Notes: generated by a model from the letters alone, not told the origin. Positions 1-12,344 are shown, counted from the first letter of the stretch. The stretch: DNA of 39,682 bases from Octopus bimaculoides (GCF_001194135.2 NC_068984.1:28235754-28275435); one strand, 5' to 3'. Program-made: numbers and translations.

Positions 1-40
<40 letters not shown>

Positions 41-94
41 CAGTGTTAATCATATATCCGAAAAAGAAGCACACTCTAAAGAATAGAGCAGTAA

Positions 95-330
95 TGTATA
101 TACAAGCAGTTAAATATATGTCTGGTCATAGAGTGACCAATGGTTTTGCATCCATAAAGCGATAGGCCTTATAGATGACTCGTCAGACTCAATGGCAGAT
201 ATATATCCCTCTTCTATGATATGCATCTGCCATTGAGTCCGACAAGCCGTTTATAATGTCTAGTGCTTCATGGAGGCAAAACCATAGGTCACTCTATGAC
301 TGGACATATATTTATCTGCTTGTAAATACA
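95..330. repeat. Long imperfect inverted repeat (foldback, MITE-like), 113-bp arms and 10-nt loop
   Basis: 95-207 matches the reverse complement of 218-330 without indels; 18 mismatches in 113 by hand (~84%). Confidence 0.9.
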
Positions 331-1213
331 CATATATATGTATATATATATACATATATGTGTGTGTGTGTGTGTACAGGTGGCAATGGAACAAATATAA
401 CAAAGAATCAACATGAAAACATGGTGAATTCACTCTGAAAAGCATGTGCTACACATGACCACAACTTGCACTAAGTTTCTATAACTTACTGGAAACAGCA
501 ACCAAATTTTCCTTAAATTTTATCCTACTCTCATGACAAAAAGAATGAGCACACTGAATAATGTAGTTCTTAGTGCATTGTACCAAGCAAAAAGAAACTG
601 GATGGTCACAGCTAGAATGTCTTTGATCATAAATCTGTTCAATCAGAGCTGATCTGGAACTAAATGCAACACTTAAAACAAACAGAATATTTAAAAACCA
701 TAAAAAAGTTTCGATCAGTAACTGAGCTTTACGGAGTGACTTCAACAAGATCAAATGTCAGATGTTGATGTCAAAATTACATCAGTCAAGATTTTGAGAA
801 AATATTTGTAAGAAATGAGAAGTATAGACTGTATAAAACTGATAAGGATAACCGTAGGAAGCACTGCAAAGCAAGACAAGGGAAGATTAAAGAAGTTATG
901 AAATCAGAATGCTTTAGATGGTGTCAAAGCTTCTAACCTAAAATAGTTATATTTCTTTAATACTGCCAAGTTCAAATATGTATTTAAACTTAATGAAAAA
1001 GAGAAAATTGAACAACTTTAAACATAGTGAGCTAATGAGGAAGCCAATAGAACTACAAGAAATATCTGCTGAATGTCTTTCAAATTATACATTCTGCTGC
1101 TGTGCTTAAAAAATGGATTCCTACTTACACTAAATTTGAAAATATATATATGAGATGGTCATGAACAGAATGTCTTTGATCACAGCTATGCTTTTGATCA
1201 TGTGAAGCCCATA

Positions 1214-1580
1214 GTATGTATGTAGGAATGCATGATTGTATGTATGTATGTATGTATGTATGTATGTATGTATGTAGGTAGGTAGGTAGGTAGGTAAGGA
1301 TGATGGTGTATGTGTATATATCTGGCTCTCTCTTTCTCTCTGTTTATCTATTTCTCTCTCTCTCTCTCTCTCTCTNNNNNNNNNNNNNNNNNNNNNNNNN
1401 NNNNNNNNNNNNNNNNNNNNNNNNNNNNNNNNNNNNNNNNNNNNNNNNNNNNNNNNNNNNNNNNNNNNNNNNNNNNNNNNNNNNNNNNNNNNNNNNNNNN
1501 NNNNNNNNNNNNNNNNNNNNNNNNNNNNNNNNNNNNNNNNNNNNNNNNNNNNNNNNNNNNNNNNNNNNNNNNNNNNNNNN

Positions 1581-1611
<31 letters not shown>

Positions 1612-1640
1612 CACATGCATATATATATATACATATATAT
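1214..1640. repeat. Compound microsatellite (TATG)n/(TAGG)n/(TC)n/(TA)n around assembly gap 1376-1580
   Basis: Directly visible simple repeats and N run. Confidence 0.9.
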
Positions 1641-1861
1641 TTCTTCACTGCCCACACAGGGATAAACAGGGGACAAACAAGGAGAGAAAAAGGGATTAAG
1701 TCGATTACATCAACTCCAGTGCATAACTGGTACTTATTTAATCGACCCCGAAAGGATGAAAGGCAAAGTCGACCTTGGCAGAATTTCAACTCAAAACCTA
1801 ATGGCAGACAAAATACTGCGTAACATTTTGCCTGGCATGCAAACGATTCTGCCAGCTCGCC
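1640..1861 (-). mobile_element. tRNA-derived SINE family A (central GCCTTTCATCCTTTCGGGGTCGATAAA domain, Nin/Deu-like)
   Basis: Reverse complement matches the other copies at 5194, 18744 and 22558. The Nin/Deu resemblance is from memory. Confidence 0.85.
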
Positions 1862-2412
1862 ATCTTAATATAATATAATATAATATAATATAATATAATA
1901 TAATAATATTATAAATGTGAATGTCAGTGTGTCAGTGTGTCACACTTTTTCAACTTTACTCCTAGAGGCCATAGCCCAACATATCATACCATTTGGAATC
2001 AGGCTGACTCTATGAGTAAATTAGAATTATTCCTGGCTGAATCCGGACCCAGAATCCTGAAATTTTGGATTCCCAAGTTCTCATTACTTTGATTGTTTAC
2101 GGCGATTTTTTTACGTGACTTTTGTGGCAAATTTTTTGTACAATGACAATTTTTATAATCTAAAAGCTAACTCCATGGGTAAAAACTTTCCAGGCCAAAT
2201 CCAAACCTGCAATCCTGAAATTTTGGATTCCTATCTTTTCATTACTGCGATAATTTTTGGCAATTTTTTTTTTATGAGTTTTTGCGCTGAATATGACCAT
2301 CATTGGGCTATGACTCTGGAAGAAGCAATTGCAACAAATTCTCCAAAACAAGTCAGAGATCTGTTTGCAGATCTTCCTATTCGGGGACAGTTGCTTAAAA
2401 GTTACATACTAG
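1862..2412 (+). mobile_element. Helitron-like non-autonomous element with a RepHel coding fragment
   Basis: 5' end ATCTT..TAATATTATAAATGTGAATGTCAGTGTGTC resembles Helitron/HINE termini. 2289-2369 translates EYDHHWAMTLEEAIATNSPKQVRDLFA, matching the Helitron RepHel motif W..TL.EA....P.QLR.LFA. A 21-bp direct repeat lies at 2053-2073 and 2211-2231. Confidence 0.65.
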
Positions 2413-2519
2413 CTTAAAAGCCACTGTTTTTCCATGCTAGCATGGGTGAGATGTATATATTAGGTTTTATGTAAAATAAATAAATAAATGAATAAATAAA
2501 TAAATAATAGAAAAAAGGG

Positions 2520-3040
2520 CAAATGAGTTCAGGAAAAAACAGATGACATTCTGAGTTGTGACAGAATGATACTACAAAGATAAAAGATAGGTGGGATAGC
2601 AATGAAATGGATTGTGATTCTCTTATGCTAAATCTGAGAGAACCTGAAAATATTTGGATTCTATGATGGAATACAATATTCAAATCGTCCAACCCATGCT
2701 AGCATGGAAAGCGGACGTTAAACGATGATGATGATCAAGCATTAAGTGCTAGCAATTTGATTTGGCAAGCTGTAAAGTATCTATTTGGGTAGAACTTAGA
2801 TAGAAGGAAGTACTTTATGGAAATAGAATTATCCAAATTGTGTTTATTACTACTTTGATTGTCCATTTTTTGTTTCATGTTTTTTATATATGATTTAAAG
2901 CAGAAAGTAAGTCTCCATCTAGCCAAATGTATTGAATGAATCAGTCCTACAATATTTGTGGATGACCTCAAATTTTAGACTGTGAGAAACGTGATTTAAG
3001 TCAAAATAGAAAGATTAATGGAGAATCTCGCCTCTCACAA
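2520..3040 (+). pseudogene. Decayed reverse transcriptase core of an R4/Dong-type non-LTR retrotransposon
   Basis: Conceptual translation gives TDDILSCDRMILQ..AMKWI..ENLKIFGF (cf. KDQLLIDK..AMAWID..ECLKIFG) and FVDDLKF at 2955-2975 (cf. YMDDLKLY). Many stops; interrupted by a SINE C tail at 2681-2735. Confidence 0.65.
2681..2735 (+). mobile_element. SINE family C 3' tail (CCATGCTAGCATGG palindrome + (GAT)n)
   Basis: Identical to the 3' tail at 31196-31248 apart from the junction with the (GAT)n run. Confidence 0.85.
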
Positions 3041-3454
3041 TATAGAAACATTTCTCATGGCACCAACAAACAAAATGGGAAAAGGCATTGCCCCGTAGGA
3101 TAGCAAGGAAGATGTATTGGAACAGCCACTTTGACTCACAGGGCTTGCACTTGTGGACAGCAATCTCCACTCCGATATCACCTGGAAGCCAAGAATGTAC
3201 AGGGATATCACCTGGAGGCCAAGAATGCTGGAGGTCTCAACTGCTACAGGCTTGATCATAGACCTGTTGGGGAGCGACTGATACCTTGACAGCTTGCTGT
3301 TAGAATCTCCAATAAAAACATTAGGTGAAAATCTGCTATAGATAAGAATTGATAATAACACCATGGTAAAGTGGTAATAGCAATTTAAGAGACACATTTA
3401 CATTTCTGTTCCCATTTATTTCACTTTTATCATTCTATTATATCTTTTTTTTTT

Positions 3455-3854
3455 GTCTTTTTACTTGTTTCAGTCACTAGACTGCGACCATGCTGGGGCA
3501 CCACCTTAAAGAATTTTAGTTTTACTTTTTGTTCTTTTTTCTTTTTAAAAAGCCTGGTCCTTATTCTATCAGTCTCTTTTGCTGAACTGCTAAGTTATGG
3601 GGATATAAACACACCAACACCAGTTGTCAAGTCATGGGTAGGGGACAAACACACACACACATTTGCATGTATATATGTATATATATGGATATACAACAGA
3701 CTTCTTTCAGTTTCTGTCTACCAAATCCACTCACAATTCTTTGGTTGGCCTGAGGCTATAGTAGAAACTTGCCCAAGTTTCCATGCTGTGGGACTGAACC
3801 AAGAACTATGTGGCTGGGAAGCAAACTTCTTATCACACAGCTATGCCTGTGCCT
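3455..3854 (-). mobile_element. tRNA-derived SINE family B (CORE-like; head, microsatellite, 3' tail), near full length
   Basis: Head at 3692-3854 and tail at 3455-3650 match the copies at 30424-30582, 31962-32157 and 3975-4620. The GCACCTTGGGCAAGTGTCTT segment resembles the CORE-SINE domain. Confidence 0.85.
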
Positions 3855-3974
3855 TAAGATCCAAAATGTTTTGTTGTACGTCTATGACTTGGTCAATGAC
3901 ACACTACTATGTCATTTTAAATATTTTAACACTTAAGTGTTATAAAATAATTAGAATATAAAAATTAATTATGT

Positions 3975-4082
3975 CTACTGTGTGGCACCTTGGCCAAGTA
4001 TCTTCTACTATAGCCTCAGGCCAATCAAAGCCTCGTGAGTGGATTTGGTAGACAGAAACTGAAAGAAGCCTGTCGTATATAT

Positions 4083-4118
<36 letters not shown>

Positions 4119-4620
4119 GTTTAACGTCCGCTTTCCATGCTAGCATGGGTTGGACGATTTGACTGAGGACTGGTGCAACCGGATGGCTACACCAGGCTCC
4201 AATCTGATTTGGCAGAGTTTCTACAGCTGGATGCCCTTCCTAACGCCAACCACTCAGAGAGTGTAGTGGGTGCTTTTACATGTCACCCGCACGAAAACGG
4301 CCACGCTCGAAATGGTGTCTTTTATGTGCCACCCGCACAAGAGCCAGTCCAGGGGCACTGGCAACGATCTCACTTGGCTTGCTGGGTCTTCTCACGCACA
4401 GCACATTTCCATATATATATGTATCTGTTTGTTCCCCCACCCCATTGTTTGACAACTGATGCTTGTGCATTTACATCTCTATAACTTAGCAGTTTGGCAA
4501 AAGAAACCGATAGAATAAGTAAAAGGCTTACAAAGAATAAGTCCTGGGGTCGATTTGTTCAACTAAAGGTGGTGCTCCAGCATGGCTGCAGTCAAATGAC
4601 TGAAACAAGTAAAAGAATAT
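3975..4620 (+). mobile_element. SINE family B, 5'-truncated, with a family C copy nested in its internal TA microsatellite
   Basis: Head fragment 3975-4083 and tail 4411-4620 flank the family C insertion. Confidence 0.85.
4085..4410 (-). mobile_element. SINE family C (RTE-type (GAT)n tail; AGGAAGGGCATCCAGCTGTAGAAA domain), young copy
   Basis: 4119-4381 differs from 39379-39641 at only 3 positions by hand. Confidence 0.9.
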
Positions 4621-4699
4621 AGCAACAGATGAGTATTTTAAATTTCTATCATGACTCTATTCTTTAGCAAGTGTTTCAGTTTTAGCACAATATTTCAAC

Positions 4700-5050
4700 T
4701 CAAGCTGTCTGAGGGGTTCACTTTTCCAGATAAGTCCAGCTGGATGATGGTTACAAATATTTAGATATGCACTGCAGTATGATGAGATGAAGCAGAATGA
4801 ATTATAAAGTGAAATAAGAAAAGAACGTACGAGCAGAATCAGAAAGCTTCTAAAAATAAAACTAAATTGAAGAAGCTTCAAGAAATAACAGAATCAGCAT
4901 TGAGACAATTACCATTGCTAAGATATTCTGCAGTTATGAATTAAACGAGTACGCAAGGAAGCAGTGAATAATGCTTCATGGTTATGAGATGGAGACAATG
5001 ATTTGCTGTTACCGAACAAAGAAAACAGATACTCAAGGAAATATCAACTT
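4700..5050 (+). pseudogene. R4/Dong-type LINE fragment, region C-terminal to the RT
   Basis: DDGYKYLD..IRKERTSRIRKLLKIKLN..PLLRYSA resembles YKYLG..KEY.RR.RKILKSKLN..PV.RYSAG. Confidence 0.65.
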
Positions 5051-5193
5051 TGTGACAATGTACCAGAAATTACAGAACATTTTCAATTTATTAGTCAGAG
5101 GAATGTTGGCATACTCATTATTCTACCAAGCCTACCCAAACTGGTGTGATTTGTGTAGCTGGTGTGCAGTTCAAACATTTCTAAGTTAATATT

Positions 5194-5419
5194 TTATTTC
5201 TTTATTGCCCACAAAGGGCTAAACATAGAGGGGACAAACAAAGACAAACAAAGGAATTAATTCGATTACATCAACCTCAGTGCATAACTAGTACTTATTC
5301 AATCGACCCCAAAAGGATGAAAGGCAAAGTTGACCTCGACGGAATTTTAACTCAGAGCATAACAGCAGACGAAATACCGCTAAGCATTTAGCCCAGCGTG
5401 CTAACGATTCTGCCAGCGT
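5194..5419 (-). mobile_element. SINE family A with 9-bp TSD
   Basis: Full-length family A copy; GTTAATATT at 5185-5193 and 5420-5428. Confidence 0.9.
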
Positions 5420-5709
5420 GTTAATATTGGCATGCATGAGAAATGTTGGGAGGGATCCTAGGATCTGATTGAAATGTTTGGATTTCAGTGAATTCTGCAA
5501 AATGCATGCCAGGACATACATGATGAGGTTAATCCAAAATGTGTGTTATGTATTCTCACTCATGGCAAAAAATAAAAATGAGAAAAAGTCAGTACAAGAA
5601 AAATTATCCAAATGGAATAGAAATATAAAGGAATTCTAATGTAAAATAGATATAACAGAATGAGACTGAAATTCTCCTGTCTAAAAAGATAGCAAAACTT
5701 TGTTCTTAC

Positions 5710-5743
5710 CTTTAGTTTTTAACAGGCTAAATTCAAGCTTGAG
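5710..5743 (-). CDS. Candidate 34-bp exon (LKLEFSLLKTK), gene unidentified
   Basis: On the minus strand: polypyrimidine acceptor tttctttttcatattcaaag, donor G/GTAAGA, open frame. No homology recognised. Confidence 0.2.
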
Positions 5744-6129
5744 CTTTGAATATGAAAAAGAAATATGTCATGTGATTTGCTGATGAAAAATGCTTGTTTG
5801 TGAAGAAATATGTACATCAGAAGTAATTTACTCCATCATTGGTTCATACTGATAGGTTTTCTATGTCATACTCTCATAAACTGCAGGCAGGATAAGCAGG
5901 AATCTTGCCCTTTGCTACTCTGAGATTTTTCTTTCTTCGTTTCTTTTTCACTTTCTATCTTTTAGTCTATATTTTACAGTGGTTATTGCCATTCTATAAT
6001 TTTATTTCTCTTCAACACGCACACACATCTGGGGATTGATTAAAATTTAAATCTAAATTCACATTACAAAGAACTTAGGGTTTAGTGATATATATTAGGA
6101 AAGGAATGCTGGAGCTTGTGTAAGCAACC

Positions 6130-6790
6130 AGGAAAATTAATGCTGAAATACTGAGGCTGGTACAGTTTATAGAGTTAAAGACAAAATGGAAAATAAGAAA
6201 GTAAAAGTGTTGTATGGTAAGTTTATCTTGTAAATAGAAATCATAGAAAGAAAAAATACGGTACTTGACTGAAAGATGGAGAACTAAAGAGAGAAACAGA
6301 AAGCTCTTTACAGCTGGACAAGAACCAGAAGTTAAAATAAACCTTTCTAAAGAAAACTTAATAAAAACCAGAAGAGAGTGTTAGTTTATAGAACATGAAC
6401 TGTATGAATGAAGCAAGATAGTGAAAAAGAATGCAAATAAACATGACAGGATATAAGAAGATGTACTGGAAAATTCATTGGTTGTCATCGAAAATAACTG
6501 TTTTAAAATCTTATGAGACTTCTTTAAAACAGCTAGCCATGTATTACAGGAACAAAGCCCAAATATACTCAAAATATAATAAACCATTAGTAAGCAAGAT
6601 CAGAGATTCTGCTTTCCAATATGATAATAGAAGCAAGCTGAAAGAAAAGGAAGATTGAAAAATATTGTGACTTGATCGGAGAACTGAGAAAACCCTGGAA
6701 TATGCAAATAACAATTATTCATATTTTTATTGGAGTGCTTGGAATGATACCAAGACAGCTATTCAGAAGAATGTAAGTCAAAACAATTGA
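6130..6790 (+). pseudogene. R4/Dong-type LINE C-terminus: zinc-knuckle region and restriction-like endonuclease, decayed
   Basis: KWK..LYGKF, LKDGELKRETES, HD..KIHWL and KIRDSAFQYDNRSKLKEKED*KYCDLIGELRKPWNMQITIIHIFIGVLGMIPRQL match the R4-clade pattern D.A.P.D.RI.EKE.EK..KY.DL..E...LW....V.PIVIGALG.VPK. Confidence 0.8.
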
Positions 6791-8719
6791 ATCACATTTT
6801 TTGCCTTTACTTTTTAAGACTTCTCTGCTAAGTTCTTGAGATTTGAGAAGAGTTGTCACTAAATCTCAAAGTAAGAAACCATTTATGTAATCACTGTGAA
6901 ACTGCAGCAGTAGCAGCAGCAGCAATGAAAGTAAAAGGCATCGAGAGATAAATGTTCTATTTTGATTATCACCATTATAGGTATTTATACTCCGGTGAAA
7001 TTAAGAAATCAACTCGTAAATAAACGAAACACTTGAATCCATCCTTGTACACACACACACACACACACACACATACACACACACACACAGTCGCATATCT
7101 ATGTATGTATTTATGTATGTTCGAAGATAATCAAACCAAATTTGCATCATTTCAAGCCACTCATCCAATGAATATTTCTGCTAAATGTGGTGAAAATTCG
7201 TTCAGCTGTTTTCCAGTAATTTTGCAAACACAGGCAAACAAACAAAGACGAGTGATTACAACACCCTGCTTTTGCTTACGTGAGCAGGGCAACAATAATA
7301 ATAACAATAATGATAGTAAGCTCAAGCATGATTGTCTCAGTAACAGAGTGCATTGGGATGTTACCTGAATGTATAGATTCAGTACCAAAATCTCTAGTTG
7401 GGAACTTTATATACATTTATATCGTGTACTGCATCATCAACCTATGAACAGGCATGTATCACACCAACTCTATCCGTCTCCTTCTCACATCACTCTTAAA
7501 GACGAGACACATACTTTTATATGCTATGACCCAGTCAAGCGAACGCATTTCCTGCTAGAAGTTGTAGATTCCTCCTTTAAGAGATAAAATATCCTTCCCT
7601 ATTATTTGCAGCATAAAAACATGTTATTCCTGCCTGCCTGTCCTTCAAGGAGGTATTGTCTTTTTTCACATACTCTTCTTCAAACATGTAAAATTTCTCT
7701 ATTTCCTGGAGCTGGTTCTAGAAGCTCATCATAGTCTACAAAGTTTGCAAAAGGTGAAATACTGTTGTTCATGATATTATTACCATTCACACTGTTTTGC
7801 TGATTAATTTTTGTTTAAACTAATGTTTTTAGCACCAATCTTTTTTATGTTAACTCTCGTTGAACATAAGTGTTTATGCTGGAGGCTGTGTTTGTATAAT
7901 TTCCAGACTGATTTTTTTTTTTTTTAACTTTCATCAGTATTTGAAAATAATTAGTGGAGTATTTGTGTATGTTATTGTGACTATTACACCTCAGCTATAG
8001 CAAGCTCCTCTTTTACTGACTTCTGAAGCCATTTTAAACTCTAAGTAACAATAGAAAAAAACCACTGGGCAAAAATATATACACAGTTAAAATCGATGTT
8101 TCAACAAACAATTTTAAAACCGTGTTAATGCGGTGAACTTTCCAATATTTTGACATCTTTTGTGTTTGTCAAATTGTAGTTGACTGTGTTTATAAATGAA
8201 CCTGTTTAATTTAAATGAATCTGTTTAATTCTAATTTTTTCTGTTTATCATTTTAAAGTCTGTTTTTGTGTTCTAAACTCTGAGGTATGTATTCACTGCT
8301 GTCACCATGAGATGGTTATATTGAACCACTATTAAACTAATACAAGAAGTAAAGGCCTTCTAAGAGGAATGCTGTGAATCCTAGACATGTCTCAGAGCTC
8401 TAAAAATTGAGTTTTCAGAGGGGCCCATCAGCTTATATATTGGAAAACATGGAATGATGGAACAGCTAAGTTTCACAAAATTTGGCTCAGCAAACAACAC
8501 AAAAGCAACAATAATAACAATATTAATGCTTTCTGATGTAAGCTCAAGATCAGCAATTTTTATGCTATTCTCAGTGTGTGACCGGTACTTTATTAAGTGA
8601 TGATGGTGTTGACGATGATGATGGTGGCGGTGGCGGCGGTGGCGGGTGGTGGTGGTGGTGGTGGTGGTGGAAATAATCGTTCTTTCTAACTTTACAGTAA
8701 AGCCAGCAAGTTCAAGGGA

Positions 8720-9126
8720 AGAGGATGTCAATTGCGTCAACATCAGTATTGAACTGGTATTTATCTATTCAACCCTGAAAGGATGGAAAGCAAAGTTGAC
8801 CCTGGCAAACATAAACTCAGATTGTAAAGAGTGGGAAGAAATGCAGTTAAGCATTGTCTCTGACAATGCTAATGATTCTAGCAGCTTTGTCAACTTAGAT
8901 GATTTCAAATTTTGGCAGAAGGGTGAGTGAGATAATTGATTCCTTGGCACAAGGGTGAATGGAAATAGTTGACTACATTGATCCCAGTACATGACTAGTA
9001 TTCTATTTTATCTACCTCAAAAGATGAATGCAAAAGTTTTCCTGATGGAAACTGAACTCAGAATGTAGCGAGCCATAAGATATGTTGCTAAGCATTTTGA
9101 CCAACACACTGCCAGCTCACTGCCTT
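8720..9126 (-). mobile_element. Two adjacent old SINE family A copies (~8720-8886 and ~8955-9126)
   Basis: Degenerate matches to family A, e.g. ccctgaaaggatggaaagcaaagttgacc and ctgccagctcactgcc. Confidence 0.7.
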
Positions 9127-9217
<91 letters not shown>

Positions 9218-9452
9218 CNNNNNNNNNNNNNNNNNNNNNNNNNNNNNNNNNNNNNNNNNNNNNNNNNNNNNNNNNNNNNNNNNNNNNNNNNNNNNNNNNN
9301 NNNNNNNNNNNNNNNNNNNNNNNNNNNNNNNNNNNNNNNNNNNNNNNNNNNNNNNNNNNNNNNNNNNNNNNNNNNNNNNNNNNNNNNNNNNNNNNNNNNN
9401 NNNNNNNNNNNNNNNNNNNNNNNNNNNNNNNNNNNNNNNNNNNNNNNNNNNN

Positions 9453-9531
<79 letters not shown>

Positions 9532-9565
9532 CTACTACTACTACTACTACGACCACTATTACTAC
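9127..9565. repeat. (ACA)n/(CTA)n microsatellite spanning gap 9219-9452
   Basis: Directly visible. Confidence 0.95.
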
Positions 9566-9779
9566 AATAGTAATATTTCTATTATAGGCTGAAGGACTGA
9601 AATTTTGGAGGAGTTGGTTAGTCAGTTATGTCGACTCCAGTACTCAGGTGGTACTTATTTTATCAACCCTAACAACAATAAATAATGGACTGCACCAAAA
9701 CAGCAAGAACCTAAACAATAACGTATCTATTCATTCTTAATACTTTCTGGCAGATTCAAAAGTGATTGTATGATTACTG

Positions 9780-10330
9780 TTATTTTCAGTCATCGAAGAA
9801 CATTTCTTCCCTTCGATTATATGAGTTTATAACACTCTTCACCAGTGTAAGAGGACTTTGAGACACCACGATGTTTTGACCTTGTTGCGGATCTCCCTAA
9901 AGCTACAACACTGAATCCATGAATCTACCAAGAGCACGACGTCTTGTTTATAGAAAACAGCAAGCAAATTATTGCTGATGAGTGTTGATAGCTGCCAAAT
10001 AGATAGTAATTTATAGGGAGCGCACAAAACTGTGAGAATCCCAACAGTAATTTATTTGTTCTAACACATTCTGACAGATTCGAACGTAAATATCTGAACA
10101 CTGCTGTATTTCGTCATCAGGAACTTCTCCTTCCTTTAGACGATGTTGGTTCCATAACACACACAATCCTAGATCGACTAGATAGATTTTATGAAAGAGT
10201 CATACAATTAGGTTGAAACATCATGGTGTTTCAAATTCCTTTTATGTTGGCAAACGGCAAGTGTTGTGAACAAACATCGTCTAAAACAAAGGAGGTTTTC
10301 TCCGATGATGGAAAGAAAAACAGCGATCAG
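9780..10330. mobile_element. Old element with three homologous segments in mixed orientation; possible Penelope-like pLTR relic
   Basis: 9783-9880 and 10100-10160 resemble the reverse complement of 10210-10325. A CTGATGA...GAATC.GTC motif lies on the minus strand at ~10120-10070. Confidence 0.4.
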
Positions 10331-12344
10331 AAAAATGGAATTGTTCAGCAAGTCTATGCGCTCTTCTCTATCAATTATTCCTACAAACTTTGAACGCGCA
10401 TCTAATATGCCATTCTAGTTCTCCACAAATACCAATGAAAATATCTTTCTAGATATTTAAACAAATCTGATTGCCTTTTCACGAATGATGCGTAAATGGC
10501 TGAAAGCACTGTGTCTACTGCTATTTACAGTCTTGGATGACATCTGAATCAATGACAAAGGTTCATACCTAGAAATCCCGATCACCACATTAAGGTCACT
10601 TAGTTCAAACTTCCTTGTAATTGCTCAGTAAGGACCAGTGACTGCAGGTCGAAATTTTTGGTTTCTCAGATGGCCACATGTATGTTTTGTTCACCATATT
10701 TCGTCTCACCCTTCTTCCATCTGAGTACTGTGTAGACAAGTAATTATCTGTGTGCTGCTGCAGATATTCAAGTTATTGACGTTCTTGTTTCATTTGTTTT
10801 GGTTGTGTTTGTTGGTGTTACAATTGTGGGTGTGGTGGTTGGTGTTTATAATTTGAAGGGTATTTTTTTTTTTTGTGATTCCAAAGTCGCCTGTACATGC
10901 TCATATAGTTGCCTTTTGCTTTTGTTGTTGCTTTCCTTTCTTCTATTGCTGTTGTGTTGATGCATTAGACTTTTTTGTTTATGGAAATTGTGAAATAATT
11001 ATGTAGAATCTTCTTCCTGCTATTATTTAAGGCGGTTTGAAGAACGAGTACTTACTTGCTTAACCATTTATGGATATCCCTTGTTGTTTGAATGATTCGA
11101 GAAATAGCACATATACTAGACACAATTACGTTTTAAAAATGAACGGATTTGATAACTGACATATTGTTTAAATTGCGGATAAATGACTGCATGAATTCAT
11201 TTTTAATAACGTAAACAAATACAACAGGGACTCACAAATAATATAAAATGAACCGACATAAATCAAAACCAATGCAATACAATACAGCAATCAGGATCAA
11301 CAATACAACCTTTACTAAAACTATATCAAACCAACAAAAGTTTATTAGGAAATTCAGAGTCGGTATCTTTCAACAGAAACATTAGATGTGCTGTCCTCTG
11401 AAAATATTTAACCAACAACTTGAAGAACTGCTTAACACTACTAGTGTCTATCAAAATAGAATAAAGTTTAAAAAACGAAACAACAATGGACCGAGGATCC
11501 AGCATCTAAGCCTCTATTTGGTCTTTCGAGTTACAAGAAACAGCAACCAAATTTCTCGACAATTACATTTAACCATCTTTGAAAAAGAAGAGTATATGGG
11601 GCATCAAGTAACAATGTCTAAAAGAAGATGGATAATCATGGATGGAATGACTTAAGCGATAAATTTGCATAATCAGCACTGATCAGTGCTAAAATAAAAT
11701 AAAAATTGAAAAACAATCTAAAATATAGTTGAGATATACTTCACAATCATATACAAGCGGCATAAAAAAGTATGATATCTGTTGCAGTTGGAAAATAAAC
11801 AAATATGTGAGACGAAATTTATATTTGCAACACATTAGCAAATTTATATATATTTAAAATAAACAATAATAGGAATAAAGTAGCTCATAAAAAGAACACA
11901 CACTGAAAATACCACAAAAGAGCTGATCATGCACAGAAAAGATAAGCTTCTACAAACCAACAAAAGCTCGTTAAATGAAAACACAGCATGCAAAACACCT
12001 GAGCATTCCTAACACAATGAAAATAAAAGAGTAAAAGTTGGTACATATAGCAGATGATTTTGCAAACCACAGTGAAAATAGCATAGCAGAACCAAATATA
12101 CACGGAAATAACAAAATATACACTGACAAAAGAAAGACTGTCACACTGGTACGTTTAAAAACCAAACTTGTGGCTAAAAAACACGTAAGCTTCTATGACG
12201 ACGGCATATGTGACTACATTTAAAATAAAAGGAAAATAAGTACATACGCAAACAAGCACACATTCATGCATATATACCATACATGTCTGCGTATATACAT
12301 ACATATGTATCTCTCTCTCTCTCTCTCTCTTACTCTTGCCTTCT

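Noticed and set aside
3174-3227. 30-bp-period tandem duplication GATATCACCTGGA(A/G)GCCAAGAATG
   Set aside because: Two units only; an ordinary slippage duplication, not a CRISPR-like array.
7939-8540. Plus-strand small exon candidates (7939-, 8259-8284, 8418-)
   Set aside because: Splice signals are present, but joined frames stop quickly and no protein was recognised.
9082-9570. Poly-T/poly-Q ORF
   Set aside because: It is an (ACA)n microsatellite plus a gap.
11340-11700. Possible L1/Tx1 RT relic (GIFQ..CCPL..FNQQLEELL)
   Set aside because: Only one weak motif and no clear YADD; not supportable without a search.
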